The translations under genes were made by a program, and so were the position numbers. The notes under the pieces are model-generated. The model was given only the letters and a program-made list of their open reading frames with translations. It was not told the origin of the DNA and ran no database searches. Shown piece by piece: positions 11,967-24,648 of a stretch of 64,000 bases of DNA. The stretch spans positions 1 to 64,000 of the forward strand of contig NMRA01000894.1 of the NCBI GenBank assembly GCA_002633005.1, read 5' to 3'. The stretch's first letter is position 1. Each line of letters opens with the position of its first letter. The DNA is from Phoronis australis (Eukaryota > Animalia > Phoronida).

Positions 11967-12599
11967 TTATCTACTTGCCATCGGTGGACCGTCGTCTTCG
12001 GTCGCCTGCGGTTGGGTTGGCGGCTGAGGGGCGGAATGGCTCAAGTTGGCCATGGCGCAGGTGCATCCGACGTTGATTTTCTGCCAGACAAGTTCGTACT
12101 CATACAGGCCGTCAATGCATTGACCTGTCTGTTCAAGAACGCGGACGTTGTAACTGACAGGCTCGCACTCGTTAATGGTTTGCTCCAGAGAGTTGCCAGC
12201 TTGTTTCAAGCAGTTTTCACACCTGCACCGCGCCTCTGCTAGAGTCGCTGGGAAACGCGAGGGTCTGTGGTTGATGACGTAATACCAAGGGCACGTGCTA
12301 CGTTCGTGTAGCTCTGCGAATACGCCAAGAGTCGGTGGTACTGATGGGCATTGCTTTTCACCATAGAGATGGGTGTTGGAGGCGAGACTCTGGTATTCCT
12401 CAGGACTGATATCTTGGCTTTCAAAAAGCACTCTTGGGTCCATGGCGTACGATTCGTGACTTGAGTTGCCTTTCAGTGCGACAAGATGGGCTTGCAACTG
12501 CGCATCTGATGGTTTGGTGCACAGTTGAACTGGAGCGGAGCTAGCCAGGCCGAACACGCAGAGACAAATTGCGATAACGTTGAACAGAAATGACTCCAT
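11967..12599 (-). CDS. IL17: Interleukin-17 family cytokine, 210 aa, single coding exon
   Basis: Signal peptide MESFLFNVIAICLCVFGLASS. IL-17 cystine-knot signatures ERSTCPWYY, RFPATLAEARC, CEPV and VGCTC. The ATG directly follows a ttacag acceptor. Confidence 0.95.
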   Translation of the reverse strand: MESFLFNVIAICLCVFGLASSAPVQLCTKPSDAQLQAHLVALKGNSSHESYAMDPRVLFESQDISPEEYQSLASNTHLYGEKQCPSVPPTLGVFAELHERSTCPWYYVINHRPSRFPATLAEARCRCENCLKQAGNSLEQTINECEPVSYNVRVLEQTGQCIDGLYEYELVWQKINVGCTCAMANLSHSAPQPPTQPQATEDDGPPMASR

Positions 12600-12728
12600 C
12601 TGTAATAAAAAAGATCACACTTACAAATTTCCACTCATCATATTAATATAATCCTTAAATGTCTCACTGAAAGGCACACATTTTTTCTAATATAAGGATC
12701 GAGCATAATTTGAACAGTCGTTGCTTAC

Positions 12729-12833
12729 CTTCGTATTAGATGACCAATAGGTAAAATTCGTAGACGTGATTTGATGTCAACAGGTGTCCGAAGCTTTTGT
12801 TGAACTTGTTATGTCCAATGAAAGTTTGATACT
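12729..12833 (-). other. Non-coding first exon of the IL-17 gene
   Basis: AAG|GTAAGC donor at 12729/12728 and a 129-bp intron to the acceptor at 12600. No ATG in the exon. Inr-like CCAGT near 12833 lies about 30 bp after TATA-like CATAAATAG at 12858-12866. Confidence 0.7.
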
Positions 12834-12857
12834 GGTTGCACTCCATGTCTCTCGGAG

Positions 12858-13072
12858 CTATTTATGAAGGATTTCGCGTGAATGAAGTGACCAAAAAGTC
12901 TAAAAATATCTGTTCAGTTCCTTGCGGGGTTTTTTCCACCGGCTCTGGTCATGGTGAAACGAATCGGTATAGTAAATTCTAATTTCCTGAATGATCGACG
13001 TCATTCCGAACAGACGCGTCTGATTGGACAATCCGGTAGTTCACTGCGATTGGTTGAATGAAGGAGTTCCCC
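12858..13072 (-). promoter_or_regulatory. IL-17 proximal promoter with TATA-like, kB, CRE-like and CCAAT motifs
   Basis: GGGGAACTCC (13063-13072, fits GGGRNWYYCC), GGGGTTTTTTCC (12926-12937), TGACGTC (12997-13003) and CCAAT boxes near 13025 and 13051. Confidence 0.65.
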
Positions 13073-14257
13073 TTTGTTGACAAAACACTCAGACCCAAAG
13101 CGGCGGCTGTAAGCCTTCCTTCAACTGGCTTTTCTGACCACAGTGTCGAGAAGGGTGCGTGAAAGTTGTCGATTTTAATTCCTGTCAGTTTGTCAGTAAT
13201 GACGTTGGAGTACGCGTGCTACTGATGCTGGGTCTATTTACTTTTGACGTGGAACTGATCGCCGGCGTTCCTCTCTTGCGGACGCACAACTCGTAATCTA
13301 GGGCACCACGTTGGGTAGAGTTCATTCATCAACACAATAGATCAGATGGCCTTCCTCCCACTTAATTCTTTCCTGGTAGGTTATGCTTGGAGAATTTCTC
13401 AGTCTAAGGAGGTGCCACGTTGACCGTCCTCGCACAAAAGGCCATAGAAAATCACCGCCTTTTTCCCTACTGAGAATTTGGCGGCCACCAAACTCGATGA
13501 ATTTATATGACAACCAAGGAACTCGTCGGATCGACACATTGTCTAGCAAAATTTCTGTTTTTGTTGTTTAGGGTATTCAGAAAAAGACGAGAAAAGCAGG
13601 AAAGGTATGGAATAACATAATGTAGACACATGTTTAACTTATGTTCCCCCTTTATGGGAGTAGGTTTTGTCATGATAACCCTGTGTTGTCCGTCTTCCTT
13701 GACAGCATATCAAAATCTATGTTAGAGCCTTCCTTGTACTAGCCAGCTAATTGTCCAGACAAAGATTAGTTGAAGAGAACATGGAAGCACCACTGAACTA
13801 TGCTTCGTCACGTGACACAGCGCTGAGTACAGCGTTGAAGCCGTGATGGAAATGCTTCCTGTCTTGAATTATACATCGAAATTCAATACTTAGAAATAAA
13901 AAATTAATTGTTTTTTTTCATACTTGTGCAAGAATAAATAAATAAATAAACCTATGCAATTGGGCGCACCTGAGAGGTACTGAATCTTCCTCCGGAAAAT
14001 TACCACGCTACCACTAAATTGCAACATCCGTGCGGCAACTGAATCTCGTAATCAGACGGAAAACATAACAAATGATCCGTCAGTATTTGTCAAGACTTTC
14101 ACCGGTCGGATGCACTTTTATTACCTGTGTAATGAATGGTTTTATCTCAGTCTAGATTACGAAATGTGCCTATACTTGATCAAGATTTATTACTCTCGGC
14201 GTCCGCAATTTGGTTAGAAATTGAGTGCATAATAATCTCACCAACTTCAAACAAAGC

Positions 14258-14413
14258 TAACAGTGACATGTCCCCGGGATCACTTGTATAGAGGGGTAAC
14301 ATTGACATGTCCCGGGGTCACTTGTATAGAGGGGTAACAGTGACATGTCGAGGGGGTCACTTGCATAGACGGGGTAACAGTGAAATGTCCCGGGTTTCAC
14401 TTGCATAGAGGGG
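14258..14413. repeat. Tandem repeat, ~39-bp unit x4
   Basis: TAACAGTGACATGTCCCCGGG(A/G)TCACTTGTATAGAGGGG-like units start at 14258, 14297, 14335 and 14375. Confidence 0.9.
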
Positions 14414-17400
14414 ACAAGTTTACCAGACGACTGGTTGACTTCTTCACTTCCCGATTCCCTACCGTCAAAACTGTTTTCTTTCCGATTAAATTATCCACAA
14501 AACGGTTCATTTTTGGCGTTGTACTAACTCACAAAACGACACAGTTCAACAGAAAAAGCCTCCCCGACCAAGAATGTGTTTAAAAACTCACAACGAATGG
14601 GTCTCTTAATTGTACTTGTTAAAATTTAACTTTCATTTTGTCGACTCTCGAAAAGGTGGCCATCGCAATTTCACAGCAGCACACCTCGTCAAAAATACAA
14701 AAGATGGCCAACGCGAAATTGTTGGTGATGGCGAGGTGGGGTGAAATAAAATTCGGACTAGGAGGACTTTTAATAACGAAGGGGTCAACTTTGTACATAA
14801 CGACAAATTACAGGCCCAGTTGCGCCACACAAGGGTACGAAGGAGAACACGAGTATTTATGGGTGTTACGAAAAACGCCCTATATAGCCTGATTAATTTC
14901 TAAACAAAAATAATTTCCGGAAATTCTACACCTGGGATTTGCATAAGTGACGTCGCATTAACCACGAACAGGGAATGGTTCACCTGTCATTAACAAATAA
15001 ACACTTGAGGTGTATACAGCAATTATGCGCATGTAAAAAGTAGGTCAACTTTACACTATTATGCTAAGTTATAATGTTTTGTTCATAGACACACTTTCAG
15101 GTACCTATGTCTCTTAGTAATATTCAACTAGTCACAAATAAGCTAACGTACATCATCAACTTAGTACTCAAACACTCAATTGAACACAACATGAACTTGA
15201 CGGTCCTTGAGATTGGCGGTCTTTGAGATTGACCGTCTGGCCTCGAGTCGGTATAGTACCTATACTTGAGGACGTTTTCTTGGACTTCACTGTGGCTTGC
15301 TGCAGTAATTAAAAGATGTTTGAAGCTTGAAGCCCAAGTTTATTAACTAACTGGCTCACGTCACTGCGTTCTCATCTTTTGTTTGAATTTATCGTTTGTT
15401 GTTTCAATCTAGTAAGCTGTTTAGTGGGTCCTAGTTTAATTCCAAGGCTCCTAGCGGCGAATGAAACCAAACGGTCTGGTCTACGCACACTCAAGTAGTT
15501 CTTCGTAAACCTACAACTCGTTTTAATCTCTGCTAAGTGTCGAGATATTGCAAGTGACCCAAATTAAAATCGAAATCAGAAGGCGCGGGTGCCTTAACTA
15601 ATGCGTTACTTCGACTGGTTTCAATATGAACTGATAATAGATGGATGTTCATGTAGCGGTGCGGCACATGGGGGTGGGAGGTCGACCAGTGACTCACGTC
15701 CACACTCCCACTCATTATAGTAAAAGACTGCTATTTTTAGCACAGGGAGTCCTGTTCATTTTGCTTACAATTAACGCGTCCAACACCGCTTTGGTTCACA
15801 GGTCGAAAATAGCGCACGAGGAAGTAGTCTCCCGCTATCACTATTCTGATATTAACAATTCAATGACCGTTTCCGGTGGGATACACGACACATGAAATGG
15901 TTCGAAACTATTATTAGACGTGATGAAATACATCCTTATTGTGTCGCTAGCTTTAAACAAACGCGAACGGTTATGAATTCACCTTTAGACAAACAATTCA
16001 TACTTTTCTTCAGGCAGAGCTTGTAGCCTTCTTCTTATACTAAAGCTATATGCGCGTATAATTGAAGTTTGTGTGATCGCGTTTTGTTGCCTTCAGCTCC
16101 AGTTCTAGAACGCGGTAGTTTCTTATCAAAATATTAAATCGCAATTCCTCATTCTTTGACAAATTTAAGGGAAATTCGTTTTTTTGTCATAGTTTGTTAA
16201 TTTGCGTAGATTGGCTAGTTGCCAATTAATTTACTAAAAATGATCTGAAAATTGTGCAATTTTGGAACAATGCCAATTCTCAGATCAGAAATTTCCATTG
16301 CTGTAGTTTATTCTGAAAACTTCACGAAACCATCGGTTTTGGCGCGACATGATGACGAAATATACAAGAAATACCGTGATGGATAATTTAACCAACGAAT
16401 CAAAAAGAAACCGGAAAAATATAGGCATTATTATTTTTTATCTCATACATTTTTTATTCTGCTTTACATGAACACGAAACTCAAAATGTTTGTCCTAGAA
16501 TTCTGTAAGTAGCCTATATTATGGTTCACATAGATACATTCAAATTTTGTAATACTATCTTGCCTTTTTGGCCCCAACTCACCAGTTGGAACTCACTCGA
16601 TCACCAGTCGGAACTCGAAATGTTGAGTTTTACTCGAAATTTCAAGTTTAGTTTGTACGTCGGATCTTAGATGGAGATTAAATCATTGGTGGAGATCGGA
16701 AGCGGTCGAATTTGCACCAAAAGTCCAACTCGGGCGCGAAAATGGTGGCAACCGGAGGAAGAGAAAATCTTTCGGATTCCATCCCCTAGGCAAATTTACT
16801 CCTGTGTCAAGCAACCAGATTCAAACATTTCATTTTGAGACTCATAAAAACAGATTTAAAGGTGACAATAATTGGCTGGCTTCAGTGTAACATTAACTTA
16901 GTAATGAGTTGTGGCGCGAGCGAAGAATGTTGAAACAGTCCCTATGTGGAGACCCTATCAGTCCCTATGTGGAGACCCTATCACGGGGATAGTTGCGACA
17001 AGTGAAAAACACGTGAGTCGACCACGATCAAAATGTACCATGTGATGCATTATAAGTTTGCAGCTTTGTTGTCAAGTGGTAATGGTTTACAGACAGTTAT
17101 ACTGTAGAACTGTTACACAGACTACACCAACTGCCAATCATGTTTTATCAATCGCGACTCAATATACACGCAGTGCTTACTTGGTCAGCCCGAAATCGCT
17201 ATCTTCAAACCGACAAAAAGTAAGTGTTGAGCATTTCTGTAGAAGCAATCAATAAACTCCATTCAGCCCACGGTTTTACCTTTCCGTATATTAATAAGTT
17301 GGAGGTTTCATACGCCAAGGAATAATGCACATATATTTGCAAATTTAGCATCGCTATAGTGAGCACTCTAGTCCTATACCCATGTAGGCCTAAAATAATT

Positions 17401-20400
17401 AAAGGAGACATATTTGATCTTAATTATCCACACATTTGTTATCGTAGGCATTGACTATTATCCCATGTAGGAATAAGGCCTTTAACTTTTTTTACTGTAC
17501 TTCATCCTTGAAGCACTGGGAACATTCGTTTTTCATCTGACCTATTTACCATGTTTTTACTAGTTGTCAAAGCATCGTGTCGGCTATGAACCTGATTATC
17601 ACGTAACAGGTACTGGCGACCGTATTGACAAAAATACATAGGTTCGACGTGAAAGGCGACTGGAGGTAGAACTTGTAACTAACTGGAGGGAGAGGGTAGC
17701 AACACGTCCAGAAATCATCAGACAGAAAAAAATTAGTTTGATAATGGTTGATTCACTGCGTTTTATAGCACTGAATCCTGCGAATAACCGGCTAAATATA
17801 AAAGATAGTCCGTTATCACTAGATTCGTAGAATTTAGCTTTCTGAGTCCAGACTTCCCCTTTCGTCCTTCGCGGCAGTCCACTTCCACAAATGGCGTTAT
17901 CCATGACGCCTTCGCACGCGCCACGATCGCTTTCAGTGCGAGTTCCTGTGAGAATAGGTACATGTATAGCCAGATTGTATAGTGTACCCAATGGGACACA
18001 AATTTCGCCACGAAATTTGCATAAACTATGTACTGCTTCACTCGATTTTGACAGTTTTTACTTTTGTGGTGTGGGATGCGTAATCTTTCCGATGAGAGTA
18101 CAAAAGAATTTCTTCAAATGTTCAACTGCCCTATTCCAAAACTATTCTTCGCTATTTTCCCCTTGATGATCAATTATTTTTGGAAGACGATAGACAACAT
18201 AGAACAACGTAACATATCTATCAATACGGCTCGAGCAGAATCCCAAATAGTGTTTGATATAATAACGAGTTCAAAGTTAGCGGAAAATTCATCTTTTATA
18301 AAATTTGATAAAAAGAAGAGACTGTAATCGGCGATATATCAATCACGTTGTAAATAAAAACGAAGTATTTGGAGTGTTTTCTGAGCTAAGCAAATATAAA
18401 ACAAAATACTGTCGTGGATTGATCAGTACACTTGACAAGTTAGCTGATTGACACCTCGACATCCTCCCTATACCATAAAACAGAAATTTTTGGTCAAGTT
18501 AGTAATTTAGACCTGCTCCCAGGCAAACGATTTATTCTCAGTAAACGTACAGCACATACACTGCGTTTTTTAAATTTTGTCAGCGGGATTAGTACACTGG
18601 TGAAAATATACAGCTTGTAAACGTTTAGTGGAGACAGTTTAGTAATGTCTTAATCATTGATAAGTGAACTAATAATATGTCGTTGCGTGCATGAGTGAGT
18701 GAGCGCGTGAATTACATTCGTTTGCTGTTTTGTGTTTCCATTATTTGTAATTTGAAGTGTTTACTTTCAACAGGTGATTTCGGAAACTGAAAAAAAAAAA
18801 CCAAAAACAAAGAATCCAAGCTGTCACGTCGATTATCGTATACCATATATTTATGAAGAAAAACACATAATTCGATACCTGATTTGCGTAGCATGACAAA
18901 AATTGATTGAACAAGTCAGGTGATTTGACGTACAAGCCAAAGAATATCGCGAAGGAAGCTAGCGTGATACGCGCTTCGCTTGTAATTCGCATTACGTCTA
19001 ACACACCGACGGAAAAGGCTGGTTACTTCCAAAAGACGAAGCGCGGTTATTAGCAGGATAAAACAGTTGGATGAGGCGATGTTGTGGCATCTGGAACAAT
19101 CAGTTCCTGAATGCCTCTACACTAGGTTGCTCAGTTGATTGTATTGACGAATACTGGCGACGAACTGAAAAAGGTGTACTAATGAAAGTGGTTCGCCATG
19201 TGGGACGCGGTTTGCCGGTTGCCGCGTCTTGAAGATGGCAGACACAGACATTACTTTGAGTATTCAAATTGCGCTAGTGTAGAAAGAAATCCATGAGTTC
19301 GATTTTACCAGTGACTCACCTGCGCACCAGAGAACAAACGAAGATACAGCTGAGTTCATATTAGATTTAACGCGTCGAAAAAGAAACCTGCGTTTCGCAA
19401 CACTGCGGCAAACTCGAAAGACCACTCACCGCTGAAAAGTTGGTCTCAACTTGATCACCCCTAGCGTTCAAATGATTTCTGGGTTTTCAAACAATTGACA
19501 GATCAATGTTTCTTGACTCGAGACCCTCACTACCCAAAAACGAATATCACAAGCGGGCTCCTTTATGGTAATAGTCTGGCGTAGCGGTCCCAATTTAATC
19601 CACCATAATTACTTAAATACTTCACTTAGAATCATAGTTTTAGCATCCACATGTAGAAATTGTCCTGTGGTGTTGGTGTTGCCATACCGCCATTCAATAC
19701 AACTGACTTCAAGTTTGAAATTAAAGCTTTGGGACACGATCTACAGTCACTAACCAAACAATTTTTGGCTTTGATACAAATCACGAGTGAACTCAATTCT
19801 AAGTTGAATTCTCAATATTATTGAACATAAGTAGACATCATTTCATGCAATGTTTGTAATTTAAGGACTAAGTCCTTTATTTATTTTCATTTCTGGTAAC
19901 ATTAATGGAAAATGCCATTTGTAAACCAGGAGCTCATAACAGACCCAATTCACGCGGCGGACATAAAAATCCAAAGTGAGGCTTACTGCGATAAGGTGGC
20001 ACTGAATAGTTAGGCTGCGGCTGCCAAAATATTAAAATTTTGGGGTAGGCCAAGTTTGGGGGCATTTTGTATGTAGGCTCAGTGAATGTGGTTTGTTTGT
20101 ATTTGTGAACATGCTGAGAATGAAAAAAGGCCACCCCCTCGGCTGTAGCTGCACTCTTGAACTCTTCTTCAAGATGGTGGCCTCCTGTTGCAATTGTGCA
20201 TTGCTGTGTAGCAACTGAGAAACTGGCCGCGATTTCAGGTAGCCCTCAAACAAGCCAGATTTGCAAAAAAAGTTGGTTGACAGTACTTTTGTACCACATT
20301 TTTGGAATCGGTAGGAAATTTGCTTTCGCAATCTAATCTTTAGTCGAGCATCGGCAGGGAAGTGGTGATTTTAGGGTGAAAAGTGCCAATTTTGCATATT

Positions 20401-22914
20401 TTTGCCCTTATTTTTTTAGTTCAGCTTGGTTTCCACTGGGAGTGAAAGGGTAAAAAATACGAGTACAAAGTTTCTGTGCTCATCTGTAGGGCTTGTGATG
20501 TGAAATGGCTCAAAACCTTTCTTTATTTGCATGCAGTTTTTGACAGAGTGAAGAAAGGGTGAAGAGTCCATTGACGTGTGTTCTGATAGGCAAATCCCTA
20601 TAAGAACTGTTCAGTGCCTCCTAAACAAAGCGGAAGTTGACATTGCGTGAGTTAAATAGCCGGTCTTTCGAGTCCAACCGGGATATTAAATTTTAATAAT
20701 GTGTCGACAATTAACCACAGAGACGTAGAAAATTACCTTAGAGAACAAGTTAAGGCGCCAAAGAGTTGTCTGACGAAAGGGTTTAATTTTTTTGAAAACA
20801 AGGTTCGAAACATGAAAAGTAAAATGACCAAATTGCGGCGATCGTAGTGTTACGGATTAGGTATTATGCTGAATGCAGGGTTACGTTTTTTCTTGTAAAT
20901 TGTTGATCAAAATACTTTCTACGCGAACCAGGTCATCTGCTCGTATTGTTGACGAGTTGAAGACCTATTCGACAGTGGTGGCTGTCATGTGCAATTAGTC
21001 AAATCTGGTTTAATTTGTTGATCAAGAATATTAACATCAAGCATTGCCTGATTCTATGCACTCCCTGGGACTAACAGTTGATTTGTCATTGATCTGAAAG
21101 AATAATTAATGTTATTAAATATAATTTTCATTAAAATAAAAAACCAGGCTCGTAATTGAAAATAAAAATTATTTGACCATCAATTCTGCTTTCTTGGTTG
21201 TAATAATTCTTACGTCTATTTTATGTGTTAGGCTTCAAAAATCAATCTGGACCAAGTTGAATTTTAAAATTAAAACACCCAATTCATTCGTCCAAAGCAT
21301 AACCTCGTTTTAGAACTCAATTTCAGTTGACTGGACAAAGCAATCATAGTTATCATGTTTCTCCAGGAGCCTCGTTCATCCGAAGAGAAAAGGTGCCAGT
21401 GTCTACTGAGAGGCGATTTTTTTCGCCGAGTGAGGGCGGGAACAATCTACCTCCCGATCAACATCAATAGCACCCCCGCCCTGTTGCAAGCTCTCATAGG
21501 CTCTGTCTCAAATTAAAGTAGCCTTTTGTGCTCTTAAAAATTGTCACCTGTGTGGTTACAGGTGATGTGAACCCATAGAGATTTCTCACTATAGGGGAAT
21601 TTTTATGCCTCGTGGGGGGAATTTCGCGTGATATCCAATATTTTTGAGAGGGGAATAGGGCCGATATTGGGCCTCAAATTCGAGGGATTGAGGGCCCTGT
21701 CCTTTTTGGAATGAAAAATTATAATGTTTCAACCCGTAGTCATGAAAGCACAGCCTGGCTGGCCCATTCTCCGGTCGTTACTATGATGCTTGGCAACCGA
21801 GATGCGATAAAATATGATCTAACTTTTCGAAAACATTTATAAATTTTACACGGACATATTTTGCTTCGTCGCGGCGTATGGCAACGACCCAACGCTTCCG
21901 AATCTCAACGTCTTTAGGGATTGTAAAGCAGACAGTTGAGTGTCCGTATTTTTTCTAGCCCGACGGTTCGCGGAGCAACGCGGACTGAAATACACAGCTA
22001 CGCCGATAAGCTAACAGAGCTATCGCAGCGAGCCTCGTTTTGGAACGCGCCTCCTGTCGGCGTGAATTGGGTCTATAAAGATAAAATGATAGATAAAGAT
22101 AACATATTGTATGAGTAACAAATGACCTAAACAAACAAGATTTAGAGAACTTTAGTGGAGTCCCAATTTGGTCCCCTTTCATGTAACTGCCATCCTAACA
22201 ACCACTGGTTGAGAAGCCATTTGGCGGGCATTCAGTCAGCACACTTTAGGCACTAAAATACCACGGCAGTAAATGAATACGGTACAATACAATAACATCA
22301 CACAATAACATTACAATAGCATTACACAATTTTGTCTGTTTTGTACGTCTTCAAAGTTGCAAATGTACACAAATACTGTTTTGGAACAGTTTATTGTACA
22401 AATAATAACAACAAAGTAAGATTTTATGAAATGACATTTTGTTGAGATTTAATTTCATTGACAAAATAAAACTCAAGTTGTGTGTCCTAAACTGATCTTT
22501 TTACAGCAAGGTCCAGGAAAATTACATGGATTACATTGATTCAAGTGAATATGGCTGGGATGATGTGGTATTTACTCAGTTGTCCATATCTTCAAAAATA
22601 AAGTCACTCCATGTTAACTTAACTGAAACCTCCAAGTTGGGAACCTTCTGATTTATTTCTCAGCTTCAACTGATACTCGTGGAAATTAGTCAGGACCATT
22701 ATTTTGTGTATTTTCCCAGAGGACACATGATGTTAGCTAAAATAAGTTAAAATCCCCATGACCTTACAAATTGTGTCATATCAAACATTTTCCATGGAGA
22801 TCATATTGAGCCTTCCTAAGGTAATAGCCCTTTAGAGAGGTCCTCCATTTTTAGAACTAGTTGATGCCCTTTATTCACAGGAACAAACTAGTTGTCAAAA
22901 TGCAGATTCCGTTG

Positions 22915-23118
22915 GAGTCGAGAAAACCAGCGGGAAACTTAAGTATTTTTATGTTTGGCTCTTATCATTCGATTGAGCACAAACTTGGTGTTATTTGTAT
23001 CTTATATCACCACGCAGACCTGATTGTCACTGGCAACAATGAAGACATTAGAGAAACACAAGATTCATGACTCTCTGGAAAGGCGCGGATACCCACGTTG
23101 GGTTTTTAACAAGGCCTA
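22915..23118 (+). mobile_element. Penelope-like element RT C-terminal remnant
   Basis: Translates to RKPAG...SYHSIEHKLGVICILYHHADLIVT... and, after a frameshift, RRGYPRWVFNKA. This resembles the PLE motif RKPTHT..S.HP..HKLGVI.TL.HRA..I...GYP.W. Confidence 0.65.
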
Positions 23119-23515
23119 GATTCAACACCTAGAGCAGGATTATGACTAAAGTTTCCCGCCGATTTTCTCAATTTCGACGGACTCAAAGAGGTCGCACAGG
23201 CTTGAAAAAGCCAGCAGACGCTGGTAGGTCATAGCCTCTTTATCTCAAGTAAGCTTAGTAACGACTCATAATTTTCTGCATAAGATGGCAGTGTTGTGTT
23301 TCTTGTTTGTCACACCATACTGAACGAGTCATAACATACATCACTTTAACACTGCCATCTATTGTCACTCAGTGGCTACTGGGCATGCATTGACAATACA
23401 AGTATCCTTTGCTATTAGACCAACATTCACTATAGTGAAAGCAGTCATGTCACTGAATAACAATACTACTTCAGCCAACTATTGCTCTTGCCATGACTCC
23501 TAATACACTGACATG

Positions 23516-23692
23516 TACACACCTCCCCCTAATCTCACTATTTCCCTCTCAGTCATTGATGGTATAGACTTCTATACACACCTCCCCCTAATCTCTCTAT
23601 TACCCTCTCAGTCATTGATAGTATAGACTTCTATACACACCTCCCCCTAATCTCACTATTACCCTCTCAGTCATTGATGGTATAGACTTCTA
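23516..23692. repeat. Tandem repeat, 59-bp unit x3
   Basis: TACACACCTCCCCCTAATCTCACTATTACCCTCTCAGTCATTGATGGTATAGACTTCTA starts at 23516, 23575 and 23634. Confidence 0.95.
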
Positions 23693-24507
23693 ATATCCAA
23701 TTGTCTCTCATGATTCTGTCTGTCAGCGCTGATGATGATTTAATTTCTAACAGAAACATTTGCTTGTACATATTTATGTAAATATTTGATGAAAACATTC
23801 ATCACCTTCTCACTGACAAGTTAGCCAAAAACTGTTGTACAACCGTGAATGTTTTGTTTGCAAAGCCTCGTCATAAATTTGCTCAGCCCAGTTATGTGGA
23901 CGCAAATGAGACTTGATTTAAATAATAAACGTCACTGCGAAAACTTTGTAAAGCAGATGTCAGTCGCATCCATAATTCTGTAAGTATTGATAAAAGTACC
24001 ATAAATATACCCACATCAACAAAAAGTATCAATATCAGGCCAACTAACAATCTTGATCATATGCAGCCCTAGTGGGCACATTACATGTCTTAAATGTTCC
24101 TAAACATCTGCAAGATCTACGATAAAAATTCTCCAGTTTGGGACAGTGAAAAATCAATCAAAGCCTGTACCAAAGTTTAGAAATAAAAATATCGGCCGTC
24201 TCAAATTCAAGAATTACAATCCAAAACAAATGACCATACGGTACCGTATACCTGGATGTTCCACGCAATGGGGATATATGAAAATGTTTCATCAGCAAAG
24301 TCTGTTGATACAAAACAATGTCACGATATCTTACCAGGATATTTCAAAATCGCCCGTGTCCCAAGCTTCTGGATCAAGAAAATTCAATTTCAGATTAAAT
24401 TTCAGTGTCCCAAATTTTAGAGACTTTCCCAAACTGAAGAATGTTTACGTATGACTTTTTCGGTCAGAGTCGCTTGAACAGTCAACTACGATCTGAACAC
24501 TGGCTGA

Positions 24508-24648
24508 TTACTTCCAATACTTGCTATATTCATCAACATCAAAATTGTCTTCAACCTCTTCTTCGATGATGATCTTTTTCTTTGGTTTTCTTTTGGCTAG
24601 ATGAGCAAGGCGTTCCTCTTCTGTCAGTTTTGTAATGTCTATAGGTAA
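24508..24648 (-). CDS. MRPL55: Mitochondrial ribosomal protein L55, last coding exon
   Basis: ttctag acceptor at 24649-24650. Encodes LPIDITKLTEEERLAHLAKRKPKKKIIIEEEVEDNFDVDEYSKYWK*, matching the MRPL55 C-terminus. Phase 0. Confidence 0.92.
   Translation of the reverse strand, partial: LPIDITKLTEEERLAHLAKRKPKKKIIIEEEVEDNFDVDEYSKYWK

Noticed and set aside
17599-18327. Cluster of overlapping 87-130-aa ORFs
   Set aside because: No recognisable domain or splice-consistent structure; probably decayed repeat sequence.
19927-21699. Possible large hAT element (CAGG...CCTG ends)
   Set aside because: The TIR match is short and the flanks show no 8-bp duplication, so the two ends may belong to different elements.
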